Part shown: piece by piece, positions 1 through 7,992 of the stretch | Numbering within the stretch: the stretch's first letter is position 1 | Layout of the letters: each line of letters opens with the position of its first letter | Virus record (IMG/VR): IMGVR_UViG_3300008954_000065 | Span: 1-57,291 of that record | Length of the DNA: 57,291 nucleotides | From: a virus | Taxonomy: Duplodnaviria > Caudoviricetes | Strand: one strand, 5' to 3' | Notes under the pieces: generated by a model | The model's input: only the letters and a program-made list of their open reading frames with translations | Told to the model about the DNA's origin: nothing | The model's database searches: none | Program-made: the position numbers and the translations under genes

Positions 1-105
1 CCAAGCGCGCGCCAAGCGCGCGCGGATTCCGCTGGTGGTCTGCATGATCCGGGCATGGTCCAATTCCCATAAAATTACCATGTGATCTTTTTTTTGGATC
101 TATTG

Positions 106-134
106 TTGACAGTCCTATTTCATGGGAGTACAGT
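106..134 (+). promoter_or_regulatory. Sigma70-type early promoter TTGACA-17bp-TACAGT with upstream T-tract
   Basis: TTGACA 106-111, 17-bp spacer, TACAGT 129-134; T-run upstream; precedes first ORF. Confidence 0.7.
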
Positions 135-175
135 GTTCTTATAGGGATTAACCTATAAAACACAAGGGGTTCGAT

Positions 176-403
176 ATGAAAAACGCAAAAGTAGTCTCTC
201 TTTTAAAGTTGCAGGTCCAAGAGCGAGTAACCCAATACTGCATTAAAAATAAACTTAATCGAGGCTCTCTTCTCGATTGGGAGTGGTTGATCGATGGGGA
301 TGGCGTATCCATGTCTTGCCTAGTTATTGCTTCAAGCGATTTTGCCATGGCTGGAAACGTTAAAACACTAACCTGCGTCAACGGTGTCATTGATATTCTA
401 TAA
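176..403 (+). CDS. Hypothetical early protein
   Basis: 75-aa ORF with AAGGGG RBS downstream of promoter. Confidence 0.65.
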   Translation: MKNAKVVSLLKLQVQERVTQYCIKNKLNRGSLLDWEWLIDGDGVSMSCLVIASSDFAMAGNVKTLTCVNGVIDIL

Positions 404-612
404 TTAAACCCCTGGGCCATTGGGCGCGCGCGATCCGGCGCGCGTCTGATGGTCTTTTTTTTAGCAGAAAGTTGGCTCTATTATGCAAGATTTTATCGAT
501 CTAATCCTATTTTCCACCGCTATTTCAGCGGCTTGGATCTGTCCTATTTTAAGCGCGCTACAATAGCGTTAAACAATAACCGGGGCTGCGGTCCCATTTC
601 AAGGGGTTCACT

Positions 613-1290
613 ATGCATCAAACTATTTACAACCAAGAAAGCGCTTGCGTGTGTCTCGATTCGCTGGCCGATAAATTTGAGCGATACGGTTACTCTGAAC
701 GCGCTATCGGCGCGGGGTTCGAGTCTCTATTCGTATATTGGGGTTTTGATCGGCTCTCACGGGATGCGCGGCGGCGCGCGTGGTCAGTCCTGGATCTAGT
801 TGCGGGGTTTCGCGGGCGCGGTGCTGACCCGGATGAGCACGATCAATTCGTCGGTTGGCTTGAGTGGCTTGCTAGTAAAACGCTAGATGATGACTTCGCC
901 AGCGATCACGGGTTTGATCACAACCCATGGCGCGGCTGCGAGTCAACGCGCGCGCGGATGTCGCGCGGTGGGGCTGATGACGCGGTCATAAGCGCAATTC
1001 TCGCTATCGCGTCAAGTGCGCGGGATGCGCTGCGGATCTGGTCTGAGCCTGGCGCGTATGAACGGCAATTAATCGCCGAATTAGTCGGAACGTTCGGATC
1101 GAATATCGGCGCGCGTGGCTCTGGTGGCGCGTCTTACGATTGGGCGCGCGGCGTGCGTTTGCAGGTCTCGTGCGGTTCTGACTCGTGCGGTCAAGTCGAA
1201 TGGGGCTGCCAGTTTTTTGAAGTGGGGCCTTTCATGCCCTACGGGAATTTGATCAGCGGGTGGCGCGTGATGATCGGGGGTGCGGTATGA
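613..1290 (+). CDS. Hypothetical early protein
   Basis: 225-aa ORF, CAAGGGGTT leader, stop overlaps next ATG (ATGA). Confidence 0.75.
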   Translation: MHQTIYNQESACVCLDSLADKFERYGYSERAIGAGFESLFVYWGFDRLSRDARRRAWSVLDLVAGFRGRGADPDEHDQFVGWLEWLASKTLDDDFASDHGFDHNPWRGCESTRARMSRGGADDAVISAILAIASSARDALRIWSEPGAYERQLIAELVGTFGSNIGARGSGGASYDWARGVRLQVSCGSDSCGQVEWGCQFFEVGPFMPYGNLISGWRVMIGGAV

Positions 1291-1547
1291 ACCGGGCGCA
1301 AAGTGAAGCGGTGTCCGCGGTTTTTCACCTGCTCAAAACACGGGCAATTAATCCTTCCGGCACGTTTGACCGCGCTGGGCGGTGGTATCCGATCGCGGCA
1401 AATTCGGACCTGGTCGACCACCTGCGCGCGCCGTCGCGCGCGTGGCCTTATTCGCTTCTGGCCGGGTGTCGCACGCGCAAATTCGTGGCGGCGATCGCGG
1501 CGCGGTCCGGTGTTGAAACGGTAGCCGGCCTTCGGGCGCTGGTTTAG
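1287..1547 (+). CDS. Conserved-looking phage hypothetical protein (GxFDxAGRWYP...RxPSRAWPYS motif)
   Basis: ATG 1287 coupled to upstream stop; motif recalled from small phage proteins. Confidence 0.7.
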   Translation: MNRAQSEAVSAVFHLLKTRAINPSGTFDRAGRWYPIAANSDLVDHLRAPSRAWPYSLLAGCRTRKFVAAIAARSGVETVAGLRALV

Positions 1548-1596
1548 TTTTTGGCCTTACGCGGGGATCGGCTCCCGCATTTGCAAGGGGTTGGTT

Positions 1597-1857
1597 ATGA
1601 AACGCACGTTTAAAGATGCTCAAGACTCGTTTTTTCAAAATTTGGGCCTGCTCGGTTGGTCGCGGTCGTCTCCATTTCTCAAAGTCCGGTGGGCCGAAAA
1701 AGGGCCTGTGCGCGTGTGGTTCAAGTCGCGGTCCGTCTATATCGGGTCAAGCGGACCCGGCGCGCGGCTGAGTGATGCGCGTTCGATGACTCATGACGCG
1801 GACCTGCGCGATATGCCGATGGGCCAATTTCTGGACATGATCGCGCGGTGGTCATAA
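1597..1857 (+). CDS. Hypothetical early protein
   Basis: ATG 1597 after CAAGGGGTT; TAATG coupling to next gene. Confidence 0.7.
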   Translation: MKRTFKDAQDSFFQNLGLLGWSRSSPFLKVRWAEKGPVRVWFKSRSVYIGSSGPGARLSDARSMTHDADLRDMPMGQFLDMIARWS

Positions 1858-2591
1858 TGCAGGGGCTCATACTTTATGAGGGCGCTAGCTATCTCGGTGA
1901 TCAGCAAATCGTGGTTATCGCTACGTTTAAATCCAGCAATGGCAAGACTGGGCCAATGGTCCAAATTTGGATCTTGGTGCGCGATATCTCACCGACGGAG
2001 GCTAGTGCGACCGGCGCGGACGTCTCCTGCTGCGGGGATTGCAAATTGCGACATTTCAACGGCGGGCCGTGTTATGTGGTGATCTTCCAGGGGCCTGGAT
2101 CGGTATGGGGCGCGTATGATCGAGGATCGTATCGCCATGCTACGGATCGCGATTGGCGGATGCTGCAAACGATGCGAAACCGCATCGGCGCGTACGGTGA
2201 TCCGGCGGCGGCTCCTCCATGGATCACAGTCGATCTAGGTCAAGGGCCCGGATCAGTGGGGTACACTCACCAGTGGCGCACGTGTGATCCGATTTTCGCC
2301 AATTTTCTAATGGCGTCGGTGGATTCGGTCGAAGAAATGCGCGAAGCGCACGCGATGGGCTGGCGCACGTTTCGGACGGGTTTCGACGGACCAATTCCGG
2401 GTTTAGAGGTTCGCTGCCCGCATAAAACAAAGGGAACCCTGTGTTATTCGTGCGGGCTGTGCGCTGGTAACCAAGTCGGCGCGAAATCAATCTATGAAGA
2501 ACTTCACGGAGCGCGCGCGGCGCGTTTCAAACCAAAACACGATTCGCGGCGGGCGCTGCGGGTTCTAGCAGGAAACGAGGCTACGGCATGA
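1857..2591 (+). CDS. Cys-rich Gp88-like (putative Fe-S/radical-SAM-fold) phage protein
   Basis: CCGDC..CYV, RIGAYGDP, GYTHQW, ASVD and C-terminal CxxCxxC motifs. Confidence 0.6.
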   Translation: MQGLILYEGASYLGDQQIVVIATFKSSNGKTGPMVQIWILVRDISPTEASATGADVSCCGDCKLRHFNGGPCYVVIFQGPGSVWGAYDRGSYRHATDRDWRMLQTMRNRIGAYGDPAAAPPWITVDLGQGPGSVGYTHQWRTCDPIFANFLMASVDSVEEMREAHAMGWRTFRTGFDGPIPGLEVRCPHKTKGTLCYSCGLCAGNQVGAKSIYEELHGARAARFKPKHDSRRALRVLAGNEATA

Positions 2592-2812
2592 AAGAAACAA
2601 ACAAAAATTCAATCCATTATGATCTGCAAGAGGCCAGCTCCTGGGCGGGTCGCGTCAAGTCAAGTCATCGGCTGCAAGCGTCCGATGTGGGCCGTGAGAT
2701 ATCCGAGTTTTGGGGATTCGGCGCGGTTCAATTGCGCGATGTGGGCGCGCAAGTGACCCTGGATCAGAATGGGGTTATCTGGCTAAGTCATCGAATCGAG
2801 GCGCGGCCATGA
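2588..2812 (+). CDS. Hypothetical protein
   Basis: ATGA-coupled to both neighbours. Confidence 0.65.
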   Translation: MKETNKNSIHYDLQEASSWAGRVKSSHRLQASDVGREISEFWGFGAVQLRDVGAQVTLDQNGVIWLSHRIEARP

Positions 2813-3033
2813 AATGCAAACGACTAACACTAGAACAAGCGCAAGGCCTTCTGAGAGTTGCGCTGGGCATTGACAAGCCGTGGTCTACAATGTTGCGCAA
2901 CGATTCAATTGATGTTGGCGCATCTAAGCTGATTAAAATGCAAGTTGAGCGGGTTGGTGAGTACGGCGGGGAAATGCGCTGGTTTCTAATCGGGCCCGTG
3001 CGTGATGTTCGCTACTGGTTTGAACTGGTTTAG
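2809..3033 (+). CDS. Hypothetical protein
   Basis: ATG 2809 overlapping upstream stop; GAGG RBS. Confidence 0.65.
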   Translation: MKCKRLTLEQAQGLLRVALGIDKPWSTMLRNDSIDVGASKLIKMQVERVGEYGGEMRWFLIGPVRDVRYWFELV

Positions 3034-3041
3034 GGGTCTAT

Positions 3042-3206
3042 ATGTCTAAACTAAGCGAGTTAGCAAAAGAGGCCGTCCGGCTAAATTGTGGGCTGGCAGA
3101 TCAACCGGCGGTCACCTGCGATCAATGCGGGCACGTTGGGCGCTGGCTATACGTGCCAGAGATGGAGAACGATTTCCCGCGGTGCCAGTGGTGCGGATCA
3201 TGCTAG
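3042..3206 (+). CDS. Small zinc-ribbon protein (54 aa; not in ORF track)
   Basis: MSKLSELAKEAVRLNCGLADQPAVTCDQCGHVGRWLYVPEMENDFPRCQWCGSC; AGGGG RBS; two CxxC pairs. Confidence 0.65.
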   Translation: MSKLSELAKEAVRLNCGLADQPAVTCDQCGHVGRWLYVPEMENDFPRCQWCGSC

Positions 3207-3358
3207 CGCTGCTGCTAGCGCTGCTGCTGGCGCTATGTGAAGGGATCGCGCGTGTGGGTGCGCGCGTCCACTTCGCGCTGGCGCGCGCGTTGGCCATCGG
3301 CTCACCGGCTGCGGCTGCGGGTGCGGACCTGCATTGCCTATTTTTTTGGAGTAATAAG

Positions 3359-3387
3359 TTGACCGGGGCAAGTCATCGGCGTAGTGT
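3359..3387 (+). promoter_or_regulatory. Sigma70-type promoter TTGACC-17bp-TAGTGT
   Basis: TTGACC 3359-3364, TAGTGT 3382-3387, upstream CCTA-T7 tract; same architecture as 8288-8316. Confidence 0.6.
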
Positions 3388-3439
3388 TGATCAACCGGGA
3401 TCAAATTTTTTTAGAGATCAAAATTTGACGGGTGACAGT

Positions 3440-3590
3440 GGCCAGCGAAGCGAAGCGAAACGAAGCAAGGCCAGCGAAGCAAAGCGAAACGAAGCAAAAA
3501 AGTCAATAAAAACGCGGGTGTGCGCGAAAAGCGCGGATGCGGGCGGGCGCGCGGGCGCGCGGGCGCGGGCGGGCGCGCGCGCGGGGCACC
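3440..3590. repeat. GCGAA/GCAAA 5-mer tandem repeats followed by a near-pure G/C (GGGCGC-like) tract
   Basis: GGCCAGCGAAGCGAAGCGAAACGAAGCAA-type unit twice (3440-3500); gcgggcgggcgcgcgggcgcgc... 3539-3588. Confidence 0.85.
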
Positions 3591-3613
3591 ATGACCCGAA
3601 TTCGGGACACAAG

Positions 3614-3729
3614 TTGCCGTACAGGATTGCCGTGCAGGATTGCCTCACAGGGTGCCTCACAGGAAAACCCCTCACAGGTTGCCGTACAGGATCACGATAA
3701 AAAACAGCGGCATAGGGTGCCGCACAGGA
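3614..3729 (+). repeat. Tandem ~13-bp direct repeats, consensus TTGCC(GT/TC/GC)ACAGGA, 7 copies
   Basis: Copies at 3614, 3627, 3640, 3653, ~3668 (partial), 3679, 3717. Confidence 0.9.
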
Positions 3730-3742
3730 TTGGAGCTAAAAA

Positions 3743-3997
3743 ATGAAAAACATTGAAGCCATGCCAGTTGAGTCCGTTCCGGTTTCGTCACTGTCGAAAT
3801 TGCCGGACGGCGTTTTGTGCGCCGAGGTGCCATGCACTGATTATTCTGCGCTGCAAAAGTTGCCGCACAGTCTGGAGGTATGCTGCCACTGGATGCGGGC
3901 GCGGGTCATCGTCACTCGCACGGGTTGGGATTCGGATCGGTGCGTTGCCTACTACAAAGACAACATCTTACACGCGCTCAGCGTAAGGGGAGCATGA
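3743..3997 (+). CDS. Hypothetical protein
   Basis: GGAG RBS, 84-aa ORF right after repeat block. Confidence 0.7.
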   Translation: MKNIEAMPVESVPVSSLSKLPDGVLCAEVPCTDYSALQKLPHSLEVCCHWMRARVIVTRTGWDSDRCVAYYKDNILHALSVRGA

Positions 3998-4065
3998 TAT
4001 GGAATTCACAACGATACGAGACGCGTCATTATTGCCGCAATCAACAAAAAAGAAAGGGTAGAACA

Positions 4066-4572
4066 ATGAAAAACCAAGAATTTGAGCTAACTACGTTCGA
4101 TCAAGACGCGACACCAGGATCCGATTTTCCAGATATTGCCGTACATAACCCGATCACGGGCAATTACATGTGGTTAGGCAGTAAACACGGCTTTATTGAT
4201 TTGTTCCACATTTGGAGCCCGGATCAAATGGTTGAGTGCATCATGCCCGACGATGAATTGTTGCGGGCTGAAATGTGGTTCAAAGGCGAATGCTCACATT
4301 TGATTGATGATTTTTCTATCGATTATGAGCGTTTATGTGTTGACATGGGATTGATCGATGGGCTGAACGATCTTGATCTTGATCAATGGTGTCAATCTCG
4401 TGAGACAGATCAAGCAATCGCAAAAGCGATTTTTGAATTGGCTACTGTTCCGAGTGAGGCCCAAGAAATTTGGGAATCGCCTTATTCGCTTGAGGAAAAA
4501 ATCGTCTCAAGAGCATTTGAGCTAACCGAAGAAAACAAATTGCAATGGGGCCAAGAATCCTACGAGCGATAA
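4066..4572 (+). CDS. Hypothetical acidic protein
   Basis: ATG 4066 after AAGGG RBS, within ORF 3880..4572. Confidence 0.7.
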   Translation: MKNQEFELTTFDQDATPGSDFPDIAVHNPITGNYMWLGSKHGFIDLFHIWSPDQMVECIMPDDELLRAEMWFKGECSHLIDDFSIDYERLCVDMGLIDGLNDLDLDQWCQSRETDQAIAKAIFELATVPSEAQEIWESPYSLEEKIVSRAFELTEENKLQWGQESYER

Positions 4573-4612
4573 AAAAAACGCGGTATTATTGCCGCATGGA
4601 AGGGATAAGACA

Positions 4613-4822
4613 ATGGAAAATTACAGATGTGAAAGATGTTGCAAGCCTTGCGACACGGGGATTGCCTGCGATCCTTGCGAGATAAAGACCATAAAATCAT
4701 TTCTTGAAAATGAATCTTGGCTTAAATATAGGGGTTCAGTTTTTTGCGATTATGAAAAAAAGACTCATAGGGAAATCTTTGAGTCCGAGCTGAAAATGCT
4801 TGAGCTATCAAGCCAACCGTGA
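4613..4822 (+). CDS. Small Cys-rich (zinc-binding) hypothetical protein
   Basis: ATG 4613; CERCC..C...CDPC. Confidence 0.65.
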   Translation: MENYRCERCCKPCDTGIACDPCEIKTIKSFLENESWLKYRGSVFCDYEKKTHREIFESELKMLELSSQP

Positions 4823-4861
4823 CCGCTCAAAAAACCAGATATTGCCGCATGGAGTAAGACA

Positions 4862-5113
4862 ATGGAAAACAAACGAAAAAAACTGAAGGCGCAAACACTT
4901 GAACGATATACTGCCGTACAGGCATGGAACGCCGTGCTTCTCCGGTCTGAGTCTTATCGCTATGAATGCGATGGGATTTACATAGACTGCGGCGAGCACT
5001 TTGAATTCTATGCCGGGCACCACGATTATGACCGTGCTGTCCGCGCGCTGATCGGCATGGGCGCAGTGGATTTCGACGGGAACAATTCTAGAAGCCTCCT
5101 TCATCTGATGTGA
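4862..5113 (+). CDS. Hypothetical protein
   Basis: GGAG RBS; leader nearly identical to that of the 4613 gene. Confidence 0.7.
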   Translation: MENKRKKLKAQTLERYTAVQAWNAVLLRSESYRYECDGIYIDCGEHFEFYAGHHDYDRAVRALIGMGAVDFDGNNSRSLLHLM

Positions 5114-5144
5114 GATCCCACAATAAGTTGCCGTACAGCCAGAA

Positions 5145-5369
5145 GTGCGATATGTCTTGGTTATGAAGCATCAGGGACCATGGCTAGAATACCGCACTGC
5201 TGGCATCGTTTGGAAGCGGCACAATTTCCTCCAAGCTCCAGGAACACAACTGGACGTGCCAAAACTAATTGAGCTTTTAGAGCATCTGCAAGCGGTAGAA
5301 GTCCGATTCGGAGAGATACATCTTCACCGGAACGATCTTCAATCGCCTTGGGAATCTGGCCAGCGTTGA
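5145..5369 (+). CDS. Hypothetical protein (uncertain)
   Basis: 74-aa ORF filling gap in rightward run; GTG start, weak RBS. Confidence 0.4.
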   Translation: MRYVLVMKHQGPWLEYRTAGIVWKRHNFLQAPGTQLDVPKLIELLEHLQAVEVRFGEIHLHRNDLQSPWESGQR

Positions 5370-6259
5370 CTGAATTCAATATATTTTCCGTACACAAAAA
5401 AACCTGCATTGCCAGGCGCGCTTTCATGCGCGCGATGGATGCGGTACGGTTCACGTTCCTGACCGGGTTCGTCATGCCTCCCGGTCTGGTCTGGGGTCAG
5501 CGGGAAATAAATATGGTGCTGAGAATGGTCGCCGATGAGTATGCCGCAGTTTACCATGATGGCCTATTGGTAGGATACGGCCAGCACTGGCACGGTGCAT
5601 TTACCCTGCACCGCATCTTTAAGCTGTGTAGGGTGGATCACTCCTATGAGATTCACTGCACATCCAAACCAGAATCCCTTGCATTGCTGCAAACATGCAC
5701 CACCGGGCATCTCACCGCACTGGAAAAGAAAACAAAGATTTCCGTGCAGATGCGCCAATATCCGAGCAATGAAAACCTGGTCAGTATGCTGGACACCTAC
5801 GAATATTTCCGCACATGGCACCGGGCAAATGCCCGCTGCTGGTGGATTTTCGACAGATATGTTGCCGTACAGGAATCGATTGACACTTTCAAGGAAATGG
5901 TGATTGCGCGAAACCAGGAACTTATTGATGCAGAGATGTCCAAAACTACGCGAGAAGAAAAAGAAACAGTACGCTTTCATGCAGTGAAATCAATAACGCG
6001 TCGAAGGCCATCAATCCTTCTTGATTTCGTAAGCATGTGCGACAACAACCCTTTAGACAAGACGTCTACAGAGTTTGAACACATCTTGAAATCAAATGCG
6101 ATCATCATTTCAGATGAAAACGAAAGACGAAAACGCATAAAGCACCGCGCATCCAAACGCGCGAAGAAATTGCGCAAAAGATCTCAGGACATTGGGGGCA
6201 AATCCAAGAGAAATATTCTTTCCCTGCTGAATGATTATTTTGGTGAACGTCCACTTTGA
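5348..6259 (+). CDS. Hypothetical protein (start uncertain), basic C-terminus
   Basis: 303-aa ORF. Confidence 0.65.
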   Translation: MGIWPALTEFNIFSVHKKTCIARRAFMRAMDAVRFTFLTGFVMPPGLVWGQREINMVLRMVADEYAAVYHDGLLVGYGQHWHGAFTLHRIFKLCRVDHSYEIHCTSKPESLALLQTCTTGHLTALEKKTKISVQMRQYPSNENLVSMLDTYEYFRTWHRANARCWWIFDRYVAVQESIDTFKEMVIARNQELIDAEMSKTTREEKETVRFHAVKSITRRRPSILLDFVSMCDNNPLDKTSTEFEHILKSNAIIISDENERRKRIKHRASKRAKKLRKRSQDIGGKSKRNILSLLNDYFGERPL

Positions 6260-6497
6260 TCTTGCAAGTGGGCTCCTACGACGCAAACGTATTTTGATGA
6301 CGAACAATAAAGAAACGATCTGCCCCGACTGCAACAATGATGGCTGGCACTTTTCAACCGTTGTCAGGCATGTCAAGAGAAGACAATCCGACGGACAACA
6401 GGCAATCAGATGCGAAGTCGATAAGATACGCGTCACCTGCGAATGCCCCCAGGGCGATCTGTGGATGGAGACACACGGGCTAAGGTTCATCGGCTAA
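6231..6497 (+). CDS. Small zinc-finger-like hypothetical protein
   Basis: CPDC...CECPQG; converges on loader gene; true start may be later. Confidence 0.45.
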   Translation: MIILVNVHFDLASGLLRRKRILMTNNKETICPDCNNDGWHFSTVVRHVKRRQSDGQQAIRCEVDKIRVTCECPQGDLWMETHGLRFIG

Positions 6498-7243
6498 CGC
6501 CTTGACTTGCCCTTCATTGTGACCCATCCTGAACCACACTTATCAACATATGCCCTTGTTCTATCGAGGATATCGTTCCCATATATTTTCGTGAACTCAT
6601 CTTTGCTCGATCTTGTGGTGATAATGGTAGGCAATCCTTTGTCATGGCGCTCGCACAAAATAGTGCTAACCACCCGGATACAGTTGGGGCTATCACCAGC
6701 GGTAGTTTGCGGAGCCACTTCATCTAGCACAACAACCCCCCGAATAGTCATCAAATCCCTGAGCAGTTCCCCGGATTCCCCAAAAGCAGTGATACCCATC
6801 CATTCAGACCGTGCCATGAAGCGACCATTGGACCTCCAAGCCGCATACGAAGCCGCTACCGTCTTACCCACCCCATTGGTCCCAGAAAGCACCAGAACGC
6901 CTCTCACGCGCGCTGAGACATACTTATCCATTGACTCCCCAAGTTTACCTCCAAGCTTGTTGTCTTGAGACTCCGGCGTAAGCCGGAGGGTTTTCACAAA
7001 ACTGTCAGACACGGCAATCTTCCTTATCCTTGCTTCAAAATCAGTTGACCTTTGCGAATCCGTCTCATTGGATTCCACAAAGTCCTTGATTGCCTTGTCA
7101 TTTTCAACAGCACACATCATGCAAAACGCCTCTCCGCGCTCAACCAAGAACGAAAAGTGCTCAGGTATCTTCGCAGTGCATGACGAACAGGGAACATCTT
7201 TGACCAGCCCGTAGCCGTTCTTTTCCAATGTGTTATTATTCAA
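6494..7243 (-). CDS. DnaC/IstB-like AAA+ helicase loader
   Basis: N-terminal CxxC..CxxC, Walker A GTNGVGKT, Walker B VVLDE, ER..K.LPTIITT; follows initiator-like gene. Confidence 0.85.
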   Translation of the reverse strand: MNNNTLEKNGYGLVKDVPCSSCTAKIPEHFSFLVERGEAFCMMCAVENDKAIKDFVESNETDSQRSTDFEARIRKIAVSDSFVKTLRLTPESQDNKLGGKLGESMDKYVSARVRGVLVLSGTNGVGKTVAASYAAWRSNGRFMARSEWMGITAFGESGELLRDLMTIRGVVVLDEVAPQTTAGDSPNCIRVVSTILCERHDKGLPTIITTRSSKDEFTKIYGNDILDRTRAYVDKCGSGWVTMKGKSRR

Positions 7244-7829
7244 AGGTTATATCCTCTCTGCCTGCTATCCAATCCGCTTCAGTTGCATATCCTTCATCGC
7301 GCCATGGCCCGTAGCCACCAGGCGCAGATGGGTTATCAGGCTCGCTGAAAAGAGCTACCCATTTGTCAAAATGTTTTGCGATGTGGGTGAAGGACCAGAA
7401 CCTGGGCCGGTCTTCCCAGGGGTCTTTTTTTATTCCGTGGATTGCTTGGATGATTTGGACCAGGGTGCGCCCCTCATCCAGCATTTCTTCAATCGCTTCT
7501 CTAGTTTTTTTGCTTTTGAATGAAACAGAAGAACCCAACACAGACCGATGACATTTGACCGCGACTGCCACCGCATCATTGACCGTTATGTCCGGGCATA
7601 GATCTGGATTGAGCAGCACGGATTTCCAATCCACGCTGCACGGTTCAGCCTCAGTTTCTTTTTGCTTTAGTTTTTTATTGTAATTAATAGAACTAATATA
7701 ATTAGTAGTTACACCATGGTTGTATATAACTAATTGTAACTCAGTAGTGCTATAGAATTTATAGTTAGCAGATTGACTTTTTTCTGTCAAATCATTTTTA
7801 AGTATCTGTTTTTGCTTTTCTTTTTCCAT
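7236..7829 (-). CDS. Replication initiator/replisome organiser, C-terminal part
   Basis: Upstream of DnaC-like loader; low-complexity N/Y/K-rich linker then helical domain (IIQAIHG...DPW); GGAGG RBS. Confidence 0.6.
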   Translation of the reverse strand: MEKEKQKQILKNDLTEKSQSANYKFYSTTELQLVIYNHGVTTNYISSINYNKKLKQKETEAEPCSVDWKSVLLNPDLCPDITVNDAVAVAVKCHRSVLGSSVSFKSKKTREAIEEMLDEGRTLVQIIQAIHGIKKDPWEDRPRFWSFTHIAKHFDKWVALFSEPDNPSAPGGYGPWRDEGYATEADWIAGREDITFE

Positions 7830-7876
7830 CTGTTCCCTCCGTTTTTCGGTTTTTTCCCATTTCTTTTTGTTCTTTT

Positions 7877-7992
7877 GCGTAAGGCCACGCCTTACGCTTT
7901 CGTTTTTTTGTAAGACTACCTCTTACGCTTTTGGCAACTTTGTAAGACTACACCTTACGCATTTTGCTTTTCTGTAAGACTACACCTTACGC
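7877..7992. repeat. Four palindromic iterons GTAAG-N7-CTTACGC (putative replication origin)
   Basis: GTAAG starts at 7879, 7910, 7942, 7974 (31/32/32-bp period), T-tract spacers, nearby AT-rich tract ~7660-7810. Confidence 0.8.

Noticed and set aside
449-799. 116-aa ORF
   Set aside because: Spans hairpin/T-run and promoter-like DNA and overlaps the RBS-supported 613 gene
3614-3729. 13-bp repeats as CRISPR or integron attC array
   Set aside because: Mostly head-to-tail with no unique spacers, too short, and no integrase
3086-3746. ORFs 3086..3700, 3537..3746 and 3418..3675
   Set aside because: Low-complexity translations of the repeat block (ARAGAR, SEAK); no RBS; overlap the better-supported 3042 gene and promoter
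7980-7982. Stop-codon reassignment (TAG readthrough) genome-wide
   Set aside because: Long genes are intact in code 11, TAG ends several genes at proper boundaries, and readthrough here meets a TAA soon after
7877-7992. Palindromic repeats as a mini CRISPR array
   Set aside because: Spacers are only ~12-13 bp T-rich tracts, no cas genes are present, and the context fits replication iterons
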